NCBI GenBank assembly: GCA_965202585.1
Contig: OZ241832.1
Location: 31,868,001 to 31,932,000 of the forward strand
Source: Thalia democratica
Taxonomy: Eukaryota
Direction: 5' to 3'
DNA: 64,000 bases
Shown: positions 1 to 10,046 of the stretch, in pieces
Position numbering within the stretch: position 1 is the first letter of the stretch
How the letters are laid out: each line of letters opens with the position of its first letter
Translations under genes and position numbers: made by a program
The notes under the pieces: generated by a model
Told to the model about the DNA's origin: nothing
The model's database searches: none
The model's input: the letters and a program-made list of their open reading frames with translations, nothing else

Positions 1-50
1 AAAAGAATAATATAAAAAAGCTATTTGAAAATTTTTCAAAAGTGTTAAAA

Positions 51-82
51 ACGTCCCTTCGTGCATATTAGACTCTTACCCC
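51..82. mobile_element. Right terminus fragment of the 'TGCACGA' MITE family
   Basis: cccttcgtgcatattagactcttaccc matches the right ends of copies at ~5585-5605 and ~53746-53770. Confidence 0.4.
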
Positions 83-1102
83 AAATAATTATACAAAAAT
101 GTATTGACTAGTTACACTAAATTTAAAAACTTACTAAAGACTTGAAGTTTTCAGAAAGCATTTCTGTTTTTTTTTAAATAAATGCTGTTTAAAAATGAGT
201 TTAGTCAGGGGTCAAAAAAAGAGCAATTTTAAAACCTTTAAAAACATATTTTTTACTATTTTTATTATAAAACAAAACAGGCAATAGAATATTATCTATA
301 GATAATACAACTATTTTCTTGAAAACATAAATATACCAAACTACTTAATTCAAAATTACTAATTGCCTGACCAGTTTTCTCAGTTAGACAAATGATGGGT
401 TCGATATTTTCAAGAAAACTTTTTGTAATTCCTGAGCAAGTTTTCTTAAAAAAATTAGTATTTATTTAAATGACTGTGGTAATCATTAAAAGTAAAATAT
501 TTTTAACCAAAATGCTTTAAAATAAGAAATAATACACACTATTAATCGGTAAATATTAATTTAAAAGTGTTATTGTAAGTTTTAAGACAAAAACTTTTCT
601 TTGTTGTCTTAAAAAGGTAAGTTTTTAGTTGAAAAGTTAATTGCAAGCCTAAGATTTTCATTGTGCTTTGCCAACCCCTGTACTATACTTGCATTTATTT
701 TATTACTACACTATCACATAAAAACCTTAATTCTTTTAAAATTTTCTAGTAGTTGAGTAATTAAAAATTCTTTGTGGTATCATGAATTTTGGTCTATTAA
801 AAAAGTTGTCAGTTTTGGAAGGAATTGTAATATTTCTAAACCATTTAAAGTAAACTAGTAAAACGAATTATTTTGTGTACATAACAGTTTGTTTTGATGT
901 TCAATAGGGCTTTTCTTACTCATATCTTTAGGATTTAAGATATTATTACTTTTATTGTAGTTTATAACTATTGCTATACTAAAAATAGTATCATATCTCA
1001 CTAATTATAAGAAGACATTTAGATTTAAATGAAACAGTTTGTATACATAAAAATACAAAGCTTTTATGCTTACTGAACTATAATCAACCATAGAGTTTAA
1101 CT

Positions 1103-1472
1103 CAGGGTTTCCTAAACTTTTTTTCAAATTGCCCCATTTAAAAAATTTAAAAAAGCTATGGCCCCCTTCAAGGAGATTACTCAAAAAACTACCATTAAAA
1201 ATACCTAAGACCTTTTTTTTCTGTTCATCAACAACTCCAGAATATCTAGTGTAAATTTCAAAACTACAATTAAATTCACCTAAGACCTTTTTGTTTTGTT
1301 TTGCTGTTACTCAACAACTTCAGAAAATCTAGTGTAAGTTTCAAATTATGACCTCCTGGCCTCTCTGTGGCTCCTTAACTGTACATGCCCTCCTCCTTTG
1401 GCCCCTTTGCTGCTCATGGCCCGCTGAGTATCTTCTTATCTGAGCGCACTTGGTCCACTTTAAGAAACCCTG
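1103..1472. mobile_element. Non-autonomous hAT (Buster/Charlie-like) MITE
   Basis: TIRs cagggtttcctaaa / tttaagaaaccctg (13/14); degenerate 8-bp flanks gtttaact / ctgtaact; internal ~60-bp direct repeat. Confidence 0.65.
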
Positions 1473-2021
1473 CTGTAACTTTACCATCTAGTCTGGGGTG
1501 AGCAAAGAAAACATTGTTGAAAGTCTACAGAGTGTAAGCATGGGCTTTGTATGCCATGTGACAAGCTCAAGTTAGCAAAGGTTTGATTTGATACCAACTT
1601 GATATTGATCATTAAACTACAAGCTTTTGATAGACTGAGACCTGGGTTTTATTATTATGGAAACTTATAAGCCAGTCACAACCAAAAAATTTACTGTAAA
1701 ATTACCATAACTATTAAAATAATTATAATATTTACTTATTTAAAATTTAAGTAAGTTAAGTTTTGCAATTTAACCTTGTTAATATTTTTTGAAAGGCATT
1801 TAAAGCAGCAGTGTTGTAAGATCAAACCCACTACTTCATACATCTTTTATGGTAAAATAGAAAACATTATTTCTCTTCCATCTACAATAATAAACTTTTT
1901 ACAAAACTCTAGCAAGTAAGTTACATCATGACGTGTAATTCTTCATGCCCCTTTAAAATTAACAAACTAACATACAAAAAAAATATTTTTTTTAAGGTAG
2001 AAAAACATCAGAAGGACTCAC

Positions 2022-2099
2022 TCTCCCCTCTGCAAAGATAAACGTTTTCTAAGGGTCAAGCAAGTGAGTTTGAGCTCATCATGTGTTATTCCACCTGCC
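2022..2099 (-). CDS. Candidate internal exon of an unidentified gene (AGGITHDELKLTCLTLRKRLSLQRG)
   Basis: taattag acceptor and consensus GA|gtgagt donor; only the phase-2 frame is open, matching the phase of the candidate exon at 2412-2428. Confidence 0.4.
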
Positions 2100-2411
2100 C
2101 TAATTACATGATTTGTGATATAATTACTACTTTAACCTAATCAAAACAGGTTTGTCTTATATAAAAAAAAATTACTGTGAATAATCACCTGATATATAGA
2201 AATTTAAATAGCTTTAAAGTTGTAAAAATTTGTGGAAATTTGATTTCTCATATACTAGATATTTATTTTACAAATATAACAGCTTTAGGTAGGGGTTTAC
2301 CCTCATATAACATAGTTATAGTCTTTCTTTGGTCATTTTTATTTTTTTCATTTGGTAATAAACTATATTTTCTTAGAGTGAACCACTGTTTTTAAGTTTT
2401 TTTTTGTATAC

Positions 2412-2428
2412 GTGTCGGCGTCGGGCAT
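2412..2428 (-). CDS. Candidate first coding exon (MPDAD-T) of an unidentified gene running toward the left edge
   Basis: ATG CCC GAC GCC GAC AC|gtatac inside a small CpG-rich island; phase 2 joins the 2022-2099 exon. Confidence 0.3.
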
Positions 2429-5237
2429 GTGGTTTGATCTTGCGATGTTTAACTCAGCGAGTTTTAAAAGAGGTCTATCGGTTTATAAAATTAGATTATA
2501 GTGTATAACATTTTAATAAGATAGTAAACATCTTAGGTTTAATTAAAACCATTTTTCTACTCAAAATTTTCACTAAATTTACTAAATTTAAAAAGTCTAC
2601 TAGGTTATGCTAACAATATACAACTAATTTATCTATATAATAAAACACTAATTGTAGCTTGTGTTGAGTATTTTATAACGTTCATTGTTAAAAAACACAA
2701 AAAAAACAATACGATTGTATTTACTCATATATTATAGTTCATCTTAAACAAAAGAATGCTGTAAAAAGTAAATATTATTATCTTGTGATAAAGAAAAATA
2801 TAGCTATTGAGCTTAAAAAATTTATAAATTTAGAAAAATATGTACTCTATCTATTTTAATTTATAACAAATAAGTTACCTCTTATTTGTTTACTAATATT
2901 AAAACATACACAAAAACTTAAAAAAACTAAAAAAATCTATAAAATTAACAAAATACCTAAAAGTAAGCAAATTATTTTTGATAATATACGTTTTATATTA
3001 AAATTAAGCAGTTTTGTTTATTTTACAAAATATGTTACCGTTTAAAATAACAGTTTATAGTAAAAAAAATCTTAACTATAATCATAAAAATTTCAAGTTT
3101 TTATGCTTCTATAAAATATAAAGTTTTATTTTTATCATAGTGAAACTCAAAAGTATAGCCTATCCGTTGTATTTTGCTATAAAATGTATTAAAACTTAAA
3201 AACATAAAGAATATATTAAATTTATTTTTTAATACATTGTTTGTAGACAGTTATAAAAACAGCATTACTAAGAATAATAAATCATACATTTAACTTTTGA
3301 TTTATTTTATAAGAGCGGTTAAAAATTAAATTTGTATAATTCAATTACAATTCAAAATAATTAAGCTTCAATAAAAACTCTTAAAATTGAAACATAGGTT
3401 ATAGAGTTTTTGTTGTATCTGTTAAACAATATTATCATATACAGTATTTTCCAACAAAAATTTCTAAATAAAAAAAGTTACTAATTCACTTTACTTTTAT
3501 AAGTTCCGTAAATACAGTTTTTTTAAGAAATGAATGCAAATGTATTAATTTTAAAAAATCACTAAAGAACAATTTGTTATTTAGAACTATCAGTTTTTAT
3601 TTTTTAATGAAATATCTGTGTTACACGATTCAGTATTTACAGTTTCGTCAAAAAATCTTAAAAGTGTTATAAAAATATTGTTTTTTTAGTTCAGTTGAAC
3701 CAGCTTTTTTACTCGAGCTTTTACCAGATTTATCCTAAAAGTAATACAAAGTAAATATGTTTTTCCACTTGCTGTAGGTGCACAAGAAAAAGGTGAAATA
3801 AATTCAATTTGAGAAACGATATATGACAATTATGGCGCTCGACCCTACGTATTTTAAGCTATCGTTATTGTGACGACTGCGATAAGAAGGACGTCAATAA
3901 TGCAGAACTTCATTCTTTTTACGTAGTTCCTCTCTCTTTCAAAGACTGTTTGTTGAGTATTTTGAAAGGATTGAAAGTAACGAGAGAGCAAAGTATAACT
4001 TCTATAAGCTATAAAGTTTTCGCAAGTTAAGTTATATCAAATCAATAATCTGATAAATACATGGAGATTAATTTTCTAAAAAAATATTGTTGACGCGCTA
4101 GGACCGCGGCTAAGAAAGTTACAATGACAACGCAGACGACTCAAACTCAAGCTGATTTGGAATAAAAAGAAACTTTCTTAAACGTCAACTTTTTCTTGAA
4201 ATCAAGTACAAACTCGATCAGAACTCTGCAGAGCAAAATAAAAAGTGTGTTGACCGGTTTTTGAGCTGATATTGATTTTTGCTGTCTGACTCTATAAGCG
4301 GTGTGTTAGTATTGTTTTATTCTGAATTTTAACTCTTGTTGGATGAATTGTTCAAAGGGAACTCACTGTTTTTCAATTTAAATTCGTTAAAACTACTATG
4401 GCTGTGATGGCGAGCGACTGTAAACATAAAAGCAGAATAGACACAATTTCAAACATGTTCATGGAAAATATTAGTTTTAATTGCTTTCCCCAACAGCGAT
4501 GCTGAAAGGTTGCAACCAACAAATTAAAAGCACATACCTCGACTAAACTCATTTTTATGAGTACAAAATGCGATTAACAAGCGTCTTGTTAAGGTTTTTA
4601 CCATCTAAACTATACCAATTTGCTTCTAAGCTTTTTTTTATTTTTTTATTTATAACACGACAATGAAAGTGACTATTATTTACGTGAAAGGAATTTAAAA
4701 TTGTTTTATTACTTTATTATCTGTTCTGAATACAGTAAAACTCATGAAAGGCTATTAGTAAAACAATACCTTACAAATATATTAAATTATTTAGTACGTG
4801 TAAATTAAAGCTTCTATTTTATTTCGCTAATAATGAGTTCATACTTTTTTTAATGAAATTTGTAGCAAGATTTAACAACTGTGGTATAGCTAAGTTATAA
4901 AAAAATAACTTAAAGTTTTAAACTTTGTGTAGAGTTAATTTGTTAACAAACTATTTATAGAAACAAAATATTTATTGTTAAAACTAAACTATTATAAAAA
5001 GTTTTTGATTATATTCTGATTAAAATATAGTATAAATTAATTGAAAAAAGCTTCTTTATAAAAATGTAAAAAAACTTTAATCACTATTTATTTTAAACAG
5101 TATTTTAAGCAATATAATAAATATCTAATCGTCTATTTAGTTTTTTTTCTTTATTGAACTTATTATTTAGCAAACAGACGAGCTAGTATAACTTTAAGCC
5201 TAATAAAAAAAAAGTCTTTAACAATCTGCAAAAAAAC

Positions 5238-5605
5238 GGGTAGGCGTCAAATATGCACGAAGACACTTTTTCACGACTTCAATTTTGCATAAGAGGTCAC
5301 TTTTGAACAAAGACGCTTTTGCAATAGTTGAAGCGTTTTCATTTAAATTTTTTTTTATTAATTTATTTTTATTATTTATTATTTTTTTGTTTTTTATATT
5401 AACTACTTTTTCTTCTTATTATTTTTTCAATCACTTTCACTGTTTCTCCTAACCTTAACCAATTTGTCGATGTTTTTATTATAGTTTTAATTATAATTAT
5501 TCTTATTTCTTTTTGTTTTATTTATTCTAATCTCGTGCAAAAATGACCCTTTATGTAAAAGTGACTCTTCGTGCAAAAGTGTCTTCGTGCATATTTGACC
5601 CGTCC
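5238..5605. mobile_element. MITE, 'TGCACGA' subterminal-repeat family
   Basis: Inverted termini gtcaaatatgcacgaagacactttt / aaaagtgtcttcgtgcatatttgac around a T-rich interior. Confidence 0.75.
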
Positions 5606-5806
5606 ACAAAATACACATTTCAAGTAAAGGTGCAAAAGTTTAGCTTACGTGATAAATAACGATTGTTTTCGTGCTTATAAAAAGTTATGTTGATGTTTTA
5701 AATAACTTAACAGTTTTTCACAATAACTTGTACTTGTTTTCAAAAAGAACATAACACTTTCATTTTAATTTTCAATGCAAGCTTAATTAGCAACGTTTGT
5801 GCATTG

Positions 5807-6143
5807 GGGTAGACGTTTTATTATTTTATTTATTTTAATTAAGTATGTACTTAAAGTTATAATAAACGTGAATTCGAGTTTAAAGTAAAAAAAAATGACT
5901 GATAAAAGTTATCATAAAAAAATAATAAATAAAAAGCTGTAAATTAATTAATCAAAAAAAAAGTTACCGACCGAGGGTAAGGGTTAGGGGTAACAGTTAT
6001 AGATAAAAAATAGATGAGATTAATAAAAAATTTAACTCGTGAAAATATCTCTCCTACGCAAAATAGTCTGCACGTTCAAAAGTGTCTTCGTGCAAAAGTA
6101 TATTCGTGCATTTTGTCCCCTCGTGAAAATTTGACAGCTACCC
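5807..6143. mobile_element. MITE, 'TGCACGA' family with internal GGGTAAGGGTTAGGGGTAACAG core
   Basis: Ends gggtagacgt / gacagctaccc; tcgtgca repeats at the right end; core at ~5965-5997. Confidence 0.6.
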
Positions 6144-8502
6144 AATTTAATTATATTTTACTTAAAATGTTTGCAAACTAATCATGTTTGTTTTATCTAT
6201 TTTATTTACGTCTCCATTGTATATATTTATGGTAGCTTTTATACATCAATTCAACTATTAAAAAGAAAAAAAAATTGAAATAGGAAAACATGCAAGTATA
6301 ATGAGCTAATAACTTCTAATTTGTGTATATTACTTTATTTACATAAGTTAAGTTTACGGTAAACTTTATGTATTATTATTTTTGACTTAGTTTTTGTTGG
6401 TTTTGTTTTTGTTAAAATAAAAAGTAATTTCCATATTAATATTTAATTTTAACCTATTTAATTTTTGTTTTAATCAAAAAAACACTTTTGTTCTTTCAAT
6501 AATAAATAATTTACTAATTTTCCTAAAAAAAATCATTAAAACTTTTTTGTTTGCTTAAAAAAAAAAAACTTTAAATATTTAGTGATAATTTCTGTTTATA
6601 TTTATATTTTTATGTCTTTTTTTAATTTATAACTTTTATTTATTTTTTTTTTGCAAAAAGTAAATAAATAATTGTTCATGTACTATCTATTTTTTATAAA
6701 AACTAGCATAACTTTGTCTCGTCTACAACTATGTTCTGTTTTTATAAAAAGTATAAGCGTTTCAAATAGTATACAAGAAGTAGTTGATACTAGTAAGTTT
6801 TTAAAATAAAAGCACTGTTATTAAAAGTTATAAGTATATTGTTGGTAAGTATTTAAACGAGCTGTTTAAAGTTACGTACCGAAAAAAAAATATTTTGTTA
6901 TACTAATTTTTCATCAAGTTTTTATAATAAGTAAAAAATAAACATCATTAACAGGGTGTCTCTATCAGCAATGTACTTATCATTCTAACTTAAAAACATT
7001 TTTGTGTTTACTTTTGAAATTCTAAATTTAATAGTCTTGGTTTTATTTAAAACTCTTAACTTAGACGTATGCTTTAAAATGTTTTATATATACTTATAAA
7101 TTTTTCGAATTCTTAGTTATAGAATAAAACTTAGTTTTAAGGTTCAAAACTTAAGTTCTTTCTTTAAATAGTTTTTACTATTAAAAAAGTGTATTCAAAT
7201 ATTAAGTCCAAACTAAAATCTAAAAACTTTTGTTAAGCAGACTCGCAGGTAGGTTTTGAAAAATATTTCTAAAAACTTAAAAAATTTTTATATAAAATGT
7301 AACAAGTATTTTTTGATTTAAACGAAAAGCTGTATGTTATGTAATTATTTAATATTTTGTTTTTAATAGTCTACCCACATGTTGATTTATTTTCAATAAG
7401 ACAATAATAAATAAATTTAAGTGAAAATAGAAGATTTTTTAACATTTTTTTTTATACGTAAAAGCTTCCATGCTTTATTCAAATCAAAAACAACTGATAT
7501 TAATATATACTTTCTTTGTTAGTCATCAATGTTTAATAGAAAACCTTTTAGAAGACTTTATATGAAATATTTATTTCTTAAACGTGAACAATATATTAGA
7601 CAAAAAGACAAAGAAGTTTTTGAATACGTTTATAGGTTATAATAAAAGTGTTATAGAAAACATTTACTTATTATTGTTTTCATTATTGTTTTATTACTAA
7701 GACTATATTTACTGTTCTACAAGTAGTATAAGTTATTTAAAGATGTTTTGTTTTTAAATCAATATTTTGTTACTAAAAAAAATACTTTTAATTTTTAAAC
7801 GGATAAAGTTTTTAAGCTCCACAAGTAAGTCGAAAACCTTTTTGAACAATGAATAAAAACTTGTCAGCAAACTAGCAACTTATTTTTAATTTGTGTATAA
7901 ATTAAAGCATTTATAATTAAATATCAAAATCAATAATTTAAGTTTGTTGTTTACTGTTTATATGAGAAGAACTGTGGTTACGAACAAGAAAAAAAAAACT
8001 GTTATTTAAATGTTTAAGCTATGTGTCAACAAAACATTAGACATAACATTAAAAGTGTTTTGATGAATTTTACGATTATTAACTAAAAAAGTTAGTTTAA
8101 ACTTGTAATAAACATAAAAAGTTGTTAGATTTAGAGAAAATGTTATTAATAAGTTGCAAGCATTTTCCGTATTTAGTTTACAAAATATCTGGGAAATAAT
8201 TTAATTTGATATTCTTAGAAAAATAAGCTATTTATTACTAATTTTTACTAAATTATAGTATGTAAGTAGAGTCAATTAATGCTTACGTCAAGGCTTTATG
8301 TGGAACAAACTTAATATCATTAAAAGTAAAAGTTCTGTTTTATACACATTTAAACTTTGAAAACTCGAATTTTTTAAATATGTTTTTAGTAACAAAGTGT
8401 CAACTCAGTATTATATCAGTACATATTTCAATAAACAAAGTTAAAATAACAGATTTGTTGTTATATTGTGAAGCTTAAGCTGGGCATAACATTAAACTGT
8501 TC

Positions 8503-8555
8503 TAGTGTACGACACTGTAACCGAAAGGTTTTTTCGTGCACCAGGTCCTTGGGCC
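8503..8555 (+). repeat. Dispersed hairpin repeat (GAAA stem-loop plus GGTC-CTTG-GACC hairpin), copy 1 of 6
   Basis: Related copies at 17949-18001(-), 38877-38928(+), ~39235-39289(-), ~40254-40300(+), 52197-52249(-). Confidence 0.75.
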
Positions 8556-9185
8556 AATTTTTTTGAGCGTTTTTTGTCGTTGAAGAAACAATATAATATA
8601 ACCTATTATTTTTAATTAAAATAATAAAACTCGTTTAAATAACTATAGTTTTTTTAATTTCAAGTTATATAAGTTTCAAAATTTTGTTTTGAATATTCCA
8701 CCCACGTATTTTTTTTTACTTTTGAAAATGTAAATAATAAACAAATTAAAATATAAATAAAAGAAACTTTGTAAAAAAAGACACTTTATATATTTCTTAA
8801 GTATTCTATTTGATTTTGATAGAAAATTTTAAAGTTTTGCTTTCTTTTTTCATGCTTTGATAGAATAGATCAGAATAATAAATAAAATAGTATAAAAGAA
8901 AAAAGAATATTTAACATTAAAAATAAAGTATTAAAAAATATTTAAAAAACCCTTGGTTGCCGAAATTTGTTTTTAGTTTTGAAATCATTTTAAACAAATT
9001 TAACAAGCTAGATTACTAATTATCATTTTAATATGCAAATTTAAAATATAAGAGTGTTAACTTATAATAAAGAAATTTTTATATTTTAAAGAAAACTTTT
9101 AAAGCAAATGTTTACATACTTAAATTAATTCACTTAAACTAAACGTCAATAATTTTACAAACGATATCACAGGTATTTCCCTAAT

Positions 9186-10043
9186 ATGAAATTGCTTCTC
9201 CTTCTCGCTTCATTGACCGCTATGACGTGCAGTTTGCCGGCTGGCAGAGTTCCCACCGTTGAAGAGTTCAGAAAATTTCTGCAGCAGCACGAAAAAAAAG
9301 CGGGAAACGTCGACAAGCGGGCTTCCCTGCTGCACGGGGAGCCGAACAAAATGGCGTTTAAAAACCGAATGAGGGCCGGAAGCGCGAAACCTCGACTCAA
9401 AAAAGTGCACACATTCGATCTTCGAAATGACCAGAAGCTAATCATTGATCGAAAAAACAGTTATCTGAAGCCGATACCTGATCTTTTTCCTCATCACGGA
9501 TCGGCTCCCAAGATCGACAATTCCTACTTGCACATGATGCCGTGGAAGGACGATGGAAAGACGAAGAAAAAGTTCGGATCATTCCGAGTTCGAACCAAAC
9601 CAGCTGACGGAATGAAAGATCATAAAAGCCGAGATTATCAGCACATCGGGTCCTCACTTTCAACTTACGAAGATCCTCGGGACAGAATGCTGGTGGCACT
9701 GAAACATGTCTACGGCAACGACATTCCCGAGTATTACAGGAGAAAATACAACATACAGGCGGACGGTAGAAAGGAGAATAATGTTTTGGTCGAAGTACCA
9801 AGCGGTTATAAAATTCCAAGTAATTGGCGAAAAGACGCAGTGGCTGATAACATGCCAGCTAAAAAGTTTCCTAATGATAAAGTTTTAAAGGAGAAAAAAC
9901 GCGGTAAACGTAGAAATGATAAAAACAAAAACCAGTTAGGAAAGTCAAACAAGAAGCAAAAGAAAAGATCAAATAGAAAGCAAAACAATAAAACAGACAA
10001 AAATCGTAAGAAGAAGAAATACAAAAAGTCGAATAAAACTTAA
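9186..10043 (+). CDS. Secreted Lys/Arg-rich protein, paralog A, N-terminal ORF (285 aa)
   Basis: Hydrophobic signal peptide MKLLLLLASLTAMTCS; VDKR dibasic site; close paralog at 42096-43754(-); intronless; no family recognised. Confidence 0.85.
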   Translation: MKLLLLLASLTAMTCSLPAGRVPTVEEFRKFLQQHEKKAGNVDKRASLLHGEPNKMAFKNRMRAGSAKPRLKKVHTFDLRNDQKLIIDRKNSYLKPIPDLFPHHGSAPKIDNSYLHMMPWKDDGKTKKKFGSFRVRTKPADGMKDHKSRDYQHIGSSLSTYEDPRDRMLVALKHVYGNDIPEYYRRKYNIQADGRKENNVLVEVPSGYKIPSNWRKDAVADNMPAKKFPNDKVLKEKKRGKRRNDKNKNQLGKSNKKQKKRSNRKQNNKTDKNRKKKKYKKSNKT

Positions 10044-10046
10044 AAT

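Noticed and set aside
3915-4270. CpG-richer stretch with protein-like translation (LFQRLFVEYFERIESNERAKYNFYKL...KRQLFLEIKYKLDQ)
   Set aside because: Many stops and no recognisable motif; probably a decayed element, cannot be assigned without a search
4600-8270. Extension of the A/B inverted duplication out to 45-50 kb, including an orthologous MITE at 6143/45425
   Set aside because: Only patchy AT-rich similarity by eye; needs an alignment and may reflect shared old repeats
10041-10043. Selenocysteine or classic TGA-C readthrough
   Set aside because: The codon is TAA followed by A
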